64,000 nt of DNA. Origin: an uncultured cyanobacterium. Lineage in GTDB: Bacteria > Cyanobacteriota > Cyanobacteriia > PCC-6307 > Cyanobiaceae. Below the pieces are notes generated by a model. The model saw only the letters and a list, made by a program, of their open reading frames with translations, was not told where the DNA came from and ran no database searches. The DNA is taken from contig CAVXWZ010000002.1 in NCBI GenBank assembly GCA_963765575.1, positions 384,001-448,000 on the forward strand, read 5' to 3'. A program made the translations under genes and the position numbers. Shown piece after piece: positions 11,176 to 22,067 of this stretch (its first letter is position 1; every line of letters starts with the position of its first letter).

Positions 11176-12903
11176 ATGGCGGATCAACTCCCCGAGCAAC
11201 ACCGACCCGGATATCCGGGCGATGTTCTTGATCAAGCCTGGGATGTGGTGGTGGTGGGGGGTGGCGCTGCCGGGCTGATGGCCTGCCTGGAGCTGCCCGC
11301 CGGACTGAGCGTGCTGCTGCTGAGCAAGGAGCGCAAGCCGCGCTCGGCCAGCCGCTGGGCCCAGGGGGGCATCGCCGCCGTGACGGCCCCGGGCGACAGC
11401 TTCGCCAGCCACCGCAGCGACACGCTGCGGGCCGGGGCCGGCCTCTGCGATGCCGATGCCGTGGACCTGCTGGTGCAGCAGGCCCCGAGCTGTGTGCAAC
11501 GGCTGCTGGAGCTGGGCATGGCCTTTGACCGCGAGGGCGCCGCGCTGAGCACCACCCTGGAGGCGGCCCACAGCCATCGCCGCGTGCTGCACGCCCAGGA
11601 CCGCACCGGTGGTGCCCTGGTGGACGCCCTGGAGCAGCAGGTGCGACAACGGCCGGGGCTGCGCCAGCTCCACGACACCGTGGTGCTGCGGATCTGGATC
11701 GAGGCGCAGCGCTGCCGGGGCCTGCAGCTGCTGAGTTCCGGCTGGATCGGCTGGCTGCGCAGCAGGGCCGTGGTGCTGGCCACCGGCGGCGGTGGTCACC
11801 TCTTCGCTCACACCACCAATCCCGCCCTGTCCAGCGGCGATGGGGTGGCCATGGCCTGGCAGGCCGGCGCGGCGGTGCGCGACCTGGAGTTCGTGCAGTT
11901 CCATCCCACGGCGCTGATGCTCCCGGGAGCCCCCCACTTCCTGATTTCCGAGGCCGTCCGCGGCGAGGGGGCCCGCCTGCTCGACCACCAGGGAGGGAGC
12001 CCGGTGGGCCAGCTGGAGGGCGGGGACCTGGCCCCCCGCGACCAGGTGAGCCGGGCCCTGGCGCGCACGATGCAGGACCAGGGGGTGGACCACCTCTGGC
12101 TGGACCTGCGGCCCGTGGGAGAAGCGCGACTGGAGCGCCAGTTCCCCACGATCCTGGGGCGCTGCCGGGCCCTGGGCCTGGAGCCCCTGGGCCAGCCCCT
12201 GCCCGTGGCGCCCGCGGCCCACTACTGGATGGGCGGTGTGGCGACGGATCTGCAGGCCGCCACCAGCGTTGCCGGTCTCTATGCCGTGGGCGAGGTGGCC
12301 TGCACGGGGGTGCACGGGGCGAACCGCCTGGCCAGCAACTCACTGATGGAGTGCCTGGTGTTTGCGCGCCAGCTACGCCACATCCGGCTGGAGTCGCCAG
12401 GCCACGGCACTCCGCCACCCTTGAGGGAGGCCCGGGGCCGGCCCCTGCTGGGCGCCCTGCCCGATCTCGGGCGCCTTGAGCGGGGGATCGCCGACCTGCG
12501 TGATCTCTGCTGGCGCGTGGCCGGGGTGGAACGCTGCGGCCGGGAGCTGGGCCAGGCCCTGCCCCTGATCCGCCGGGAGCGGCAGAACGTGGAGGCCGAG
12601 CCGGCCTGGGGCTGCCTGCAGGCCCTGCCCAGGCACGCCTGGCTGCAGCTGGTTGATGACCAGGGCCGGCGGCTGGCCGCCCTGCAGGAATGGCACCAGC
12701 GGCTCACCCTGGCGGACCTGCTGATCGAAGCGGCCCTGTTCCGCCAGGAGAGCCGTGGTGGCCATTACCGCACCGATGCCCCCTGCCCCCTGCCCTACTG
12801 GCGTCGGCACTCGCTGCAGCGCCACGGCGCCCCGATCGGCACCGCTGCCACCCGGGGTGACGGGGACCGGGGCGCTGGGCTCAGGGGCCCTGGAAACCGC
12901 TGA
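11176..12903 (+). CDS. nadB: L-aspartate oxidase
   Basis: GGGAAG, SRWAQGGIAA, EFVQFHPT, HYWMGG, GVHGANRLASNSL, ESRGGHYR. Confidence 0.96.
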   Translation: MADQLPEQHRPGYPGDVLDQAWDVVVVGGGAAGLMACLELPAGLSVLLLSKERKPRSASRWAQGGIAAVTAPGDSFASHRSDTLRAGAGLCDADAVDLLVQQAPSCVQRLLELGMAFDREGAALSTTLEAAHSHRRVLHAQDRTGGALVDALEQQVRQRPGLRQLHDTVVLRIWIEAQRCRGLQLLSSGWIGWLRSRAVVLATGGGGHLFAHTTNPALSSGDGVAMAWQAGAAVRDLEFVQFHPTALMLPGAPHFLISEAVRGEGARLLDHQGGSPVGQLEGGDLAPRDQVSRALARTMQDQGVDHLWLDLRPVGEARLERQFPTILGRCRALGLEPLGQPLPVAPAAHYWMGGVATDLQAATSVAGLYAVGEVACTGVHGANRLASNSLMECLVFARQLRHIRLESPGHGTPPPLREARGRPLLGALPDLGRLERGIADLRDLCWRVAGVERCGRELGQALPLIRRERQNVEAEPAWGCLQALPRHAWLQLVDDQGRRLAALQEWHQRLTLADLLIEAALFRQESRGGHYRTDAPCPLPYWRRHSLQRHGAPIGTAATRGDGDRGAGLRGPGNR

Positions 12904-13813
12904 GCTCGGCCAGTCTCTCCAGGGGCTTGGCTCCGGCATCCAACGTGCCGTCGATCTCCCAGGTGGGGAACCCCTCGACGCCCTTGCTCTTGCAGAGCTC
13001 AGCCTGGCTGTCGCGCCCATCGGGGGCGCACTCGATCACGGTGAGGGCTTCGGTGGCCTCCTTCCCGAACAATTGCTTCTGGTCGTGGCAGTGGGGGCAC
13101 CAATAGGCGGAGTACATCGCCACTCCCTTCCCGCTGAGGTGCTCCGCCAGGGCCATCGACTCGGGGGTGCTGGTGGTGGTGACCGGCGGCGGCACGCGGC
13201 CCTCGGCGATGGTGCCGCCGGCAGGATCGGCAGCGGCAGCCCAGCCCAGCCCAGCCAGGGACACCACCAGGCCGACGCCGACGATGCGGAACAGCAACTG
13301 GCCGCGGTCGGGCCAGTCGCCGCCGATCAGGCTGAGCACGAACAGGGCCAGGCTGAGCAGGGCCGAGAGCACGCAGAAGAAACAGAAGGCCTGGATCTTG
13401 AACACCATCACGCCCATCAGCACCAGGCTGAACACCGTCATGCCGGTGCTGAGCAGCAGCAGCCCCCACCAGCTCAGGGCCGCCAGACGGGTCCTGGACT
13501 CGCCGCGCAGCACCAGTGGCAGCAGGGCCAGGGCCAGCACGGCGGCATAGGCGAGAAAGCCGAACAGCGACAGGGGTTGGCCCAGCACCGAGCCCCAGGC
13601 GCTGGCCAGCACCCTGTCGCAGCCGTCAGCACCGCCGGGGCAGCTGAGGTTGCCGAAAAGCCCCCAGCGCTCCAGGGTGATCGAGCCGGTGTCGACCATG
13701 CCCACGGTGGCCAAGACCGCCATCACCACCCGTACCCAGCGATGGCCGGAATCACTGCGGCGGCGACTGGAACTGAGGCGTTCGCTGAGGCGGCTGGAAG
13801 TCACGATCATCAT
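12881..13813 (-). CDS. vitamin K epoxide reductase-thioredoxin fusion (DsbAB/LTO1-like)
   Basis: C-x6-C loop, CFFC and C-terminal YWCPHC / GFPTW thioredoxin domain. Confidence 0.92.
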   Translation of the reverse strand: MMIVTSSRLSERLSSSRRRSDSGHRWVRVVMAVLATVGMVDTGSITLERWGLFGNLSCPGGADGCDRVLASAWGSVLGQPLSLFGFLAYAAVLALALLPLVLRGESRTRLAALSWWGLLLLSTGMTVFSLVLMGVMVFKIQAFCFFCVLSALLSLALFVLSLIGGDWPDRGQLLFRIVGVGLVVSLAGLGWAAAADPAGGTIAEGRVPPPVTTTSTPESMALAEHLSGKGVAMYSAYWCPHCHDQKQLFGKEATEALTVIECAPDGRDSQAELCKSKGVEGFPTWEIDGTLDAGAKPLERLAELSGFQGP

Positions 13814-13889
13814 GCGTCGGCGCCATTCTCGCAGCCGCGGCTCCTTGCCTGGCCGAGCCCATAGGCTGGTGGATCGGCCCGCACAGTCC

Positions 13890-15326
13890 ATGACCACCAG
13901 CAACGGCACGGCCCGTACGGGCAGCAACAGCACCGCCCGCACAGGCGGCGCACCCCGCAAGACCGTGGCCTTCGCCCACCTGGGCTGCGAAAAGAACCGG
14001 GTGGACACCGAGCACATGCTCGGCCTGCTGGCCGAAGCGGGCTATGGCGTCAGCGCCGATGAGGGCGAGGCCAGCCTGGTGGTGGTCAACACCTGCAGCT
14101 TCATCCAGGACGCCCGCGAGGAATCGGTTCGCACCCTGGTGGAGCTGGCCGATGCGGGCAAGGAGCTGATCATCGCCGGCTGCCTGGCCCAGCACTTCAA
14201 GGACGAACTGCTCGAGAGCCTCCCGGAGGCCAGGGCGATCGTGGGCACCGGCGACTACCAGCACATCGTCAGCGTGCTGGAGCGGGTGGAGGCGGGCGAA
14301 CGGGTGAATCAGGTGAGTGCCACACCCACCTTTGTTGGCGACGAACACCTGCCCCGCTACCGCACCACCAGCGAGGCGGTGGCCTACTTGAAAGTGGCCG
14401 AGGGCTGCGATTACCGCTGCGCCTTCTGCATCATTCCCCACCTGCGCGGCGACCAGCGCTCCCGCTCGATCGAATCGATCGTGGCCGAGGCCCGCGCCCT
14501 GGCGACGCAGGGGGTGCAGGAGCTGGTGCTGATCAGCCAGATCACCACCAACTACGGCCTCGACCTCTATGGCAAACCCCAGCTGGCCGAGCTGCTGCGG
14601 GCCCTGGGGGAGGTGGAGATCCCCTGGATCCGCGTGCACTACGCCTACCCCACCGGCCTCACCCCGGAGGTGCTGGCGGCCTACCGGGAGGTGCCCAATG
14701 TGCTGCCCTACCTCGACCTGCCGCTGCAGCACAGCCACCCGCAGGTGCTGCGGGCGATGAACCGTCCCTGGCAGGCGGACGTGACCGCCGGCGTGCTGCG
14801 GCGCATCCGCGAGCAGCTGGGCGAGGAGGCGGTGTTGCGCACCACCTTGATCGTGGGTTTCCCGGGCGAAACCGAGGACCATTTCCAGCACCTGCTGGAC
14901 TTCGTGGCCGAGCAGCGTTTCGACCATGTGGGCGTGTTCACCTTCTCGGCCGAGGAGGGCACCCCGGCCGCTTCGCTGCCCGATCAGGTGCCCGCTGAGC
15001 TGGCCGCCGAACGCAAGCACCGCCTGATGACCCTGCAGCAGCCGATCGCTGCGGCCCGCAACGCCGCCTGGGTGGGCCGGATCGTGGATGTGCTGATTGA
15101 GCAGGACAACCCAAGCACCGGCGAGATGCTGGGCCGCTGCGCCCGCTTTGCCCCCGAAGTCGACGGCGAGGTGCGGGTGCTGCCCGGGCCGGGCGGACTG
15201 TGCGCGGCACCGGGCACGATGGTGCCGGTCCGCATCACCGGTTCCGACACCTATGACCTGATCGGCGAGGTGGTGGGGGCCAGGGCGATGGTGGACGAGG
15301 CCCTGACGGCACTCAGATCAGCTTGA
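13890..15326 (+). CDS. rimO: ribosomal protein S12 methylthiotransferase
   Basis: [33 protein letters not shown] region. Confidence 0.96.
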   Translation: MTTSNGTARTGSNSTARTGGAPRKTVAFAHLGCEKNRVDTEHMLGLLAEAGYGVSADEGEASLVVVNTCSFIQDAREESVRTLVELADAGKELIIAGCLAQHFKDELLESLPEARAIVGTGDYQHIVSVLERVEAGERVNQVSATPTFVGDEHLPRYRTTSEAVAYLKVAEGCDYRCAFCIIPHLRGDQRSRSIESIVAEARALATQGVQELVLISQITTNYGLDLYGKPQLAELLRALGEVEIPWIRVHYAYPTGLTPEVLAAYREVPNVLPYLDLPLQHSHPQVLRAMNRPWQADVTAGVLRRIREQLGEEAVLRTTLIVGFPGETEDHFQHLLDFVAEQRFDHVGVFTFSAEEGTPAASLPDQVPAELAAERKHRLMTLQQPIAAARNAAWVGRIVDVLIEQDNPSTGEMLGRCARFAPEVDGEVRVLPGPGGLCAAPGTMVPVRITGSDTYDLIGEVVGARAMVDEALTALRSA

Positions 15327-15405
15327 TGCCCCTGAGCAGATAGGAGGCGGCCACCGCGGCCACAAGCCCACCGCCCACCAGTGCCAGATAGATCGCCGCG
15401 CCCAT
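15313..15405 (-). CDS. petL: cytochrome b6f subunit PetL (30 aa)
   Basis: Manual translation [30 protein letters not shown]; single TM helix with the IKLI C-terminus; below the ORF-track cutoff. Confidence 0.85.
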   Translation of the reverse strand: MGAAIYLALVGGGLVAAVAASYLLRGIKLI

Positions 15406-15568
15406 GGCCGTTGCCGTCGAAGGGAGAGGCCATTACAGCAGAGCCCCGGGTCAGGAACTGGCCCGGGGCGGGCAACCGGCCGTATCCAGGCAATCCCCCT
15501 AAGGTTGCCGGGTCGAGTGTTCCAGCGCCGCGCGAGCGATCTGGCTGCTTTCTTTCCCCCGGTGATCC

Positions 15569-17194
15569 ATGCGGACTCTGTTCATCTATCCCGAGTTCCC
15601 GAAGACCTTCTGGAGCTACGAAAAGATCCTGGAGCTGATCAACCGCAAGGTGTTGTTGCCGCCCCTCGGGCTCGTGACCGTGGCGGCCCTGCTGCCCCAG
15701 AGCTGGGAGATGAAGCTCGTGGACCGCAATGTGCGCGAGGTGGAGGAAGCGGAGTGGGACTGGGCCGAGCTGGTCGTGGTGTCAGGGATGATCGTGCAGA
15801 AGGCCGACATGGCCGAACAGATCGCCCGGGCCAAGGCCCGCGGGCTGCCGGTGGCGGTGGGTGGACCCTTCGCCAGCTCCACCCCGGATGCCCCGGAGAT
15901 CGCCCAGGCCGATTACAAGGTGCTCGACGAGGGCGAGATCACCCTGCCCCTGTTTGTCGAAGCCCTGGAACGGGGTGAGACCAGCGGTCGTTTCACGGCC
16001 AATGGCGAAAAGCCCGACGTCTCCACCACACCGGTGCCGCGGTTCGACCTGCTTGAACTCGACGCCTATTCAGAGATGTCGGTGCAATTCTCGCGGGGTT
16101 GCCCCTTCAACTGCGAGTTCTGCGACATCATCGTGCTCTACGGGCGCAAACCCCGCACCAAGACCCCCGACCAGCTGGTGGCAGAACTCCAGCTGCTTTT
16201 TGAGCTCGGCTGGCGCCGCTCGGTGTTTCTGGTGGACGACAACTTCATCGGCAACAAGCGCAACGTGAAGCTGCTGCTGCCGGCACTGAAGGCCTGGCAG
16301 ATCGAGAATGGCTTCCCCTTCAGCTTCGCCACCGAAGCTTCAGTGGACCTGGCTGCCGACCAGGAGCTGATGGATCAGATGGTGGAGTGCCGCTTCGAGA
16401 GCGTATTTCTGGGGATCGAGACACCCGATGCCGCCAGCCTGGAGACGGCCCGCAAGCTGCAGAACATCCGCAGCTCCCTGGAGGAGTCGGTGGAGAAAAT
16501 CACCGCCACGGGCCTGCGGGTGATGGCCGGCTTCATCATCGGCTTTGACGGCGAGCAGCGCGGCGCCGGCCAGCGGATCGTGGAGTTTGTGACCCGCACC
16601 GGCATCCCCCACGCGATGATGGGCATGCTGCAGGCCCTGCCCAACACCGCCCTGTGGACCCGGCTGGAGCAGGAGGGCCGCCTGATCCAGGACTCCGACG
16701 CCGCCAAGGGGGTGAACCAGACCAACCTGCTCAACTTCAGGCCCACCCGACCCATCCGCGACATCGCGGCGGAGTACATGGAGGCGTTTGCCGACCTCTA
16801 CGAGCCGAATGCCTACATCGATCGGGTGTACGGCTATTTCCTCAAGTTGCCGCCCCATCGCTACAAACAGATCCTGCGGGAGCTGCCCTCAGGCAGCCAC
16901 CGGCGTACCACCAAGGCTGGTCCCAGCTGGGTCGATCTGCGTGCTCTGGCGATCGTGGTGTGGCGTCAGGGCGTCCGCCGCGACACCCGCTTCCGCTTCT
17001 GGCGTGCCCTGTTCGGCATGGCCCGCCACAACCCGGCCCGCTTCACCGGATTCATTTCGATCCTGGCCCACAACGAACACTTCCTGGAGTACCGCAGCAT
17101 CGTGCGGCGGGAGATTGAGGAGCAGCTGGCCCTGCTGCCCCCCGATCAGCCCCCGGCCCCGGTGCGGTCCGAACCGGTGCTGGTGCCCAGTTAG
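15569..17194 (+). CDS. B12-binding domain radical SAM protein (DUF4070 type)
   Basis: PPLGL.TVAA, RGCPFNCEFC, DDNFIGN. Confidence 0.92.
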   Translation: MRTLFIYPEFPKTFWSYEKILELINRKVLLPPLGLVTVAALLPQSWEMKLVDRNVREVEEAEWDWAELVVVSGMIVQKADMAEQIARAKARGLPVAVGGPFASSTPDAPEIAQADYKVLDEGEITLPLFVEALERGETSGRFTANGEKPDVSTTPVPRFDLLELDAYSEMSVQFSRGCPFNCEFCDIIVLYGRKPRTKTPDQLVAELQLLFELGWRRSVFLVDDNFIGNKRNVKLLLPALKAWQIENGFPFSFATEASVDLAADQELMDQMVECRFESVFLGIETPDAASLETARKLQNIRSSLEESVEKITATGLRVMAGFIIGFDGEQRGAGQRIVEFVTRTGIPHAMMGMLQALPNTALWTRLEQEGRLIQDSDAAKGVNQTNLLNFRPTRPIRDIAAEYMEAFADLYEPNAYIDRVYGYFLKLPPHRYKQILRELPSGSHRRTTKAGPSWVDLRALAIVVWRQGVRRDTRFRFWRALFGMARHNPARFTGFISILAHNEHFLEYRSIVRREIEEQLALLPPDQPPAPVRSEPVLVPS

Positions 17195-17580
17195 TCCTGC
17201 ACGTACTCGGCGCCGGACTCCAGGGCCGCCTCGGCCCTCTGCAGCTCTCGGCCCAGATAGAGGGCGTGGTCAAGGCGGCTGAGGGGATGGGGACCCTGGC
17301 CCTCGCTGAGGGCGACGCCGAGTTCCTTGGCACTGCGGCCACGGAACACCGCCTGGGGTGACCTCGGGCCGGCTCCCCGGCAGCTGATCACCTCACCGGT
17401 GGCCGGGTCCGTGGCCAGCCCACGCTCATCGATGCCATTGGCGTAGTGCTCGGCAATCAGCTCGCCGGCCGCGCGATCGAGCTTGATGAGGAAATAGCCA
17501 TGTGGATCGAGGTCGATGTAGCGCTGGGAGAGCTGCTCGTCGAGCTCACGCCGCTGGCTCGGATCGCGGAACTGGGACAT
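17191..17580 (-). CDS. DUF4346 domain protein
   Basis: LDP.GYF.I and LDHALYLGRELQRAE...YVQD motifs. Confidence 0.8.
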   Translation of the reverse strand: MSQFRDPSQRRELDEQLSQRYIDLDPHGYFLIKLDRAAGELIAEHYANGIDERGLATDPATGEVISCRGAGPRSPQAVFRGRSAKELGVALSEGQGPHPLSRLDHALYLGRELQRAEAALESGAEYVQD

Positions 17581-18790
17581 TCGGAGGATCGTAGGCAGCG
17601 GTGAAGGGCAGCTCGTCGTTGATCGCCGTGATCTCCCGCGCCATCTCGGCGTTGGCCCCCGGCAGCCAGTCCCGCAGGATGGCATCGAAGCGGGGATTGC
17701 TCCAGCGGTGCAGGCTGGCCCGGGGCTGGGCCACAAACCCCCGCCGGCGCTTGTGGCTGCCGCCGGCGCCGGGGTCGAAGTGACGGATGCCGTTGGCGAT
17801 CGCCCACTCGATCGGCGCGTAGTAGCAGACCTCGAAGTGGAGGCAGTCCACCTCCACCTCGCTGCCCCAGTAGCGGCCCCAGAGGTGGTCGCCGCCGCGC
17901 ACGCACAGCGACATCGCCAGCGGCTCTGCCGGATCCCCCCGATGGGCACTGAACAGCACCAGGTGGCGGCGCAGCTCTGGATCGAGGGCCAGGGCTTCGA
18001 AGAAAGCCTCGCTCAGATACTTGCTGCCCCAGGGGCCCCAGCGGGCGCAGTGCTGGGCGTAGAAGTCGTGCATGCGGGCCACCAGAGAGGGTGCAATCCC
18101 CTCGCCCACCAGGGGCGTGACGCTCAGGCCCGCCGCGGCCACGGCCTTGCGTTCCCGCTTGATGTTGCGCCGCTGGTTGGCATTGAAGCTGGCCAGATAG
18201 TCGCCGAAATCGGCATGGCCGGGGTTGCTCCACTGGCTCTGTTGGTTGATCCAGGTGGCGCAACCGGCGGCCTCGGCCAGCAGGCGCCAGGCTGGATCCA
18301 CGTAGAGAAAGTTGCAGCTGAGGATCTGGTTGCGGCGGCAGAAGGCGTCGATCAGCTCCAGCATCAGGGCCGTGAGCGCAGCGGCATCCTCGCCGGGGGC
18401 GATCAGAAAGCGGTAGCCCTCCACCGGGCTCACCGGACTCATGCCCACCAGCTTGGGGTAATAGCGCAGGCCCAGCTGGCCGGCGAGCTGGGCGAAGCTC
18501 TGGTCGAAGACGAACTCCCCGTAGCTGTGGCCCTTGAGGTAGAGGGGGGCAAGGGCCACAGGCTGCTCACCGCGCCACAGGCCCAGATGGCAGGGGCGCC
18601 AGCCCTGACTCGGCACGATGCTGGCACTGGCCTCGAGCTGCTGCAGCCAGTGCCAGCGGTAGAAGGGCAGCTCGCCGGCCGACTGCAGCAGCAGGTCCCA
18701 GGCCGCTGAGGGCACTTCAGCTGTCGACTGGTGCCAGCGGGCTTGCAGCTCGGCCACGGCCGCTGGGGCGAGGGACGCAAAACTAACCAC
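17546..18790 (-). CDS. GNAT/FemAB-like family protein (DUF482 type)
   Basis: LYLKGHSYGEFVFD, YYPKL, LWGRYWG, HFEVCYY, GAGGSHK; start approximate. Confidence 0.88.
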   Translation of the reverse strand: MVSFASLAPAAVAELQARWHQSTAEVPSAAWDLLLQSAGELPFYRWHWLQQLEASASIVPSQGWRPCHLGLWRGEQPVALAPLYLKGHSYGEFVFDQSFAQLAGQLGLRYYPKLVGMSPVSPVEGYRFLIAPGEDAAALTALMLELIDAFCRRNQILSCNFLYVDPAWRLLAEAAGCATWINQQSQWSNPGHADFGDYLASFNANQRRNIKRERKAVAAAGLSVTPLVGEGIAPSLVARMHDFYAQHCARWGPWGSKYLSEAFFEALALDPELRRHLVLFSAHRGDPAEPLAMSLCVRGGDHLWGRYWGSEVEVDCLHFEVCYYAPIEWAIANGIRHFDPGAGGSHKRRRGFVAQPRASLHRWSNPRFDAILRDWLPGANAEMAREITAINDELPFTAAYDPPNVPVPRSEPAA

Positions 18791-18803
18791 CCCTACCCAG
18801 GCC

Positions 18804-19290
18804 GTGCCGCCCGTGCGCCATTCCCGTTCGGCTCTCCTGCTTGCTGTGGCACTGACCACGCCGCTGCAGGCCACCCCGGCACGGGCCGGGCTGATGCGAC
18901 CTGTGCTGGACCTGATGCGTCCCCAGCTGGCGGCCCGCATCAGCGAGGCCTGCGTGGATGGGCTCGCTGGTGATGTCCCCCAGCTGGTCGCCCAGCTGCA
19001 GGGCCCTTGCCGCCAGCTGGCCGCCCGCACCAGCCGCTGCCTGGTGCGGGAAACCGATGCCAGCGGCAAGGGCCTTGCCGTGCTGGCGGAGCTGCTGCAA
19101 GGGGAGCTGGGTGTACAGGGAGAGCGGATCGCCAAGCGCTGCATCGCCCGGCTGCTGGGGCTGCCGGCCGAGAGCCTGGAGGGACTGTCGTTGAAGCAGA
19201 TGGCCCAGCGCTTCGGCGTCTCCCTTCACGGGGGCGATGCGGGGGCTGCGGAGGGGGCTGCGGAGGGCGGGCGCTGCCGCCCGGCGGTAG
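18804..19290 (+). CDS. conserved hypothetical exported protein (apparent frameshift near 3' end)
   Basis: Signal peptide, four Cys; TAG at 19288-19290 comes into frame if one base in 19229-19287 is removed. Confidence 0.6.
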
Positions 19291-19901
19291 CGCAGCAACA
19301 GCTCATCACCCCCCAGGCACCGCTGCTCCAGCAGGCGCCAGCGCTGGCTGCTCGGGCTCAGGGATGGGGGCATCCAGGTGTGGGGACCGCCGAGCAGCAG
19401 GGGGCAGAGGGTGAGCTGCAATTCATCCACCTGGTCGTCGGCCAGCAGCTGGCCAGCCAGGTCGGCGCCACCCAGCAGCAGCAGCCGCTCCAGACCCTCC
19501 GCGGCCAGCTCGGCGCGCAGCTGCGGCCACGAGCTGAACGCCAGCATCCGCTGGCAGTGGGCAGGGCGCTGTGCCTGGGTCCCGTGGGGCCGCAGCCACC
19601 AGCGCTGCAGGGGTTGCCGCCAGAAGGGCAGGTCCGGGGGCAGGCGTCCGCTGCGGCTGACCACCAGGGCAGCGGGCTGGGCACTGCGACCGGCACGGGC
19701 CCGGCCGGCCAGCAACGCAGGGGCACGGATCAGGCAGGTGCTGCCATGGCGGCGCAGGGTCTCGGCGCCGATCAGGGCGCCATCGGCCCAGGCCAGGGAC
19801 TCCTCGAGGGCGAGGCGGTCACCGGGTCCACCGAGCTGGGCGGCACCGCCGCCGGGTGGGGCCAGGCGGCCATCGAGGCTGACGGCCAGCACCAGCCGCA
19901 A
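19226..19901 (-). CDS. RibD C-terminal / dihydrofolate reductase family protein (apparent frameshift near 3' end)
   Basis: LAVSLDGRLA, IGAETLR, LLGGA.LA, VDELQLT; TGA at 19226-19228 restored by the same single-base removal. Confidence 0.8.
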
Positions 19902-19923
19902 CCAGGGCCCATCGCCGGCGGCG

Positions 19924-20995
19924 TCAGACAGCGGCCAGCGCCTCCAGGGCTGCGGGCCGCATCTCCAGCTGGGGCACCTCGGCGAAGACCTCGGCGGCGT
20001 TGTTGGGGCTCTCCTGCAGGCGCACCTTGTGCAGGCTGGCCCCGAGCTCGGCGATCCGGGCAGCGAGCAGATCGGCGATGTGCAGAGCGATGTTTTCGGC
20101 CGTGGGCACGGTGCTGGCGAAATGGGCCACGTCCTTGTTCAGGAAGGTGTGGTCGAAGGGCTCGACCACCAGGTCGTCCACCAGCTGCTGCAGGGCCGCC
20201 AGATCACAGACCATGCCGGTGCGGGGATCGATGCGCCCGCGCACGCTGACATCGAGCAGGTAGTTGTGGCCATGGCCATGGGGCCGGGCGCACTTGCCGT
20301 AGATGGCCTCGTTCTCGGCCTGGGAGAGCTCGGGGCGGGCCAGGCGATGGGCGGCGGCGAAGTGGGTGCGGATCGAGAGGAAGGCTTCCATCGGGACGGC
20401 GTGAGCGGGGACTGGCTGGGGGTGGGAGGCTTGGGTGCTGGCAGCGGGGGGCGGCGGCAGCAGGTCGACCCAGAGATCGGGCTGTTCGTAGAGCCGCAGC
20501 CCCACCAGGGGGATCAGGGGCGCCAGACGACGCCAGATGGCCTGGCCGAGGGCCTCGGTGGTGGGCAGCTGGCCGTCGGGCCGGGAGACGTCGAACTCGG
20601 GCCAGACCTCATTGAGGTGGCGAAAATCGAGCTGGGCGCTGACCTGGGAGCGGATGGCGTGCTTCACCTCGGAGAGGTTGAGCACCATGCCGTCAGCATC
20701 GAGCCCACCGCCCATGGCCACGATCAGCTCGTAGTTGTGGCCGTGGCCGGGAGCCAGGCAGCAGAGCCCGAAAGCGGGCTTGGTTGGCGTCAGGGCTGAG
20801 CTCGGGCAGCCAGTAGCGATGGCTGGAGCTGAAGGTGGCCCGCCGGGTGATCACACAGGGCCTGCCCTGGCCGTGGGGGTGGCGGCAGCTGCCCAGCGGG
20901 CCAGGGGCACCGGGATCGGAGCCCTGGCCTGGGGCCGTGGCTGCAGCGGTGGCTAGAGCGGTGGGAGAGGGGGGGGCCGTGGCACGCGCCGGCAT
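19924..20995 (-). CDS. queD: 6-carboxytetrahydropterin synthase, tandem PTPS domains (frameshift ~20772)
   Basis: Two HGHNY motifs, PTTE and PTAENIA; one extra T in CGC TTT CGG (expected CGC TTC GGG). Confidence 0.85.
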
Positions 20996-21055
20996 GGCCT
21001 GGGATCTCAGGTGCTCCATCCTAGAAACGGCTTCCCACACGCCGACGGAGTGGCC

Positions 21056-21683
21056 ATGGCCGCGAGCACCCATCCAGAGCTGGCGCGCCGCTTGCAGGGG
21101 CTGAACCTCTATCTGGTGGGGATGATGGGGGCCGGCAAGAGTGCGGTGGGCCGTCCCCTGGCCGAGGCGCTGGGCTACCGCTTCCTCGATGCCGACACGG
21201 TGCTGGAGAGCGTGGCGGGACGGACGATTGCCGAGATCTTCGCCAGCGACGGCGAAGCCGGGTTCCGGGAGCTGGAAACGGCGGTGCTGGACCAGATCAG
21301 CTCCTGGCATTCCCTGGTGGTGGCCACCGGCGGCGGCGTGGTGACGCGGCCCCAGAACTGGGGTCACCTGCGTCAGGGGGCGGTGGTGTGGCTGGATGCA
21401 CCGGCAGAACTGCTGCTGGCGCGGCTGCGGCAGGACCCGGACCGACGACCGCTGCTGCGCAGCGAGAATCCGGGGGCCCGCTTGCGCAGCCTGCTGAGCG
21501 AACGGCTGCCGCTCTACGCCCAGGCCGACCTGCACGTCCTCCAGGGCGGTGGCCAACCGCAGCAGGTGGCCGAGCAGGTGCTGGCCGGACTGCCTGACAT
21601 CCTGCGCCAGCGCCCCCAACCCCCCGCACGCCGGCGCGCAGCTGCAGGACAGCGAGGGGCACCTCAGCCAGTCGCTCAACTGA
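21056..21683 (+). CDS. aroK: shikimate kinase (apparent frameshift ~21620-21625)
   Basis: GMMGAGKS, FRELE, ATGGG, RPLL; removing one C from the C6 run gives a stop at 21681-21683. Confidence 0.9.
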
Positions 21684-21750
21684 ACGCCGCCCAGAACCCG
21701 GGGCGGCCAGACGCCCAGACCGGGCGGTGGACCGGGCGCAAGGCCGCGGC

Positions 21751-22017
21751 TCAAGCCTGCGCCGGGGGCTCCAGCCGCACCGCAAACCACTGCACACTGC
21801 GACCGGGCTCCAGCTCCAGCTGGCAGGCGGTCTCCAGCAGTCGTTCGGCCTGCTCGGCGCGGGAGGGCAGCGCGAGCAGATCGGCGGGCGCCTCCTCCAG
21901 CCCGGCCAGCTGCTCCTCCAGCCAGAGCAGGGTTTCGGCGGCGGTGAGGATGCGCTCGCCGGCGGCGGGCTCCAGCACCACGTAGTGATCGAGTTCCCGC
22001 AGCAGGGGGTCGGACAT
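21751..22017 (-). CDS. chlororespiratory reduction protein 7 (CRR7)
   Basis: MSDPLLR..DHYVVLEP, LLETACQLE, QWFAVRLE. Confidence 0.85.
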   Translation of the reverse strand: MSDPLLRELDHYVVLEPAAGERILTAAETLLWLEEQLAGLEEAPADLLALPSRAEQAERLLETACQLELEPGRSVQWFAVRLEPPAQA

Positions 22018-22067
22018 GGCCAGCGCAGCGCCTGGCACCATCCTGACCGCCCAACCCTTCGGCTGTC

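Noticed and set aside
15406..15568. Cobalamin riboswitch upstream of the B12-binding radical SAM gene
   Set aside because: No recognisable B12 box, and much of the gap is taken by petL and its upstream region.
21684..21985. Long C-terminal extension of shikimate kinase across CRR7
   Set aside because: Better explained by a homopolymer indel; the shifted frame ends at 21683.
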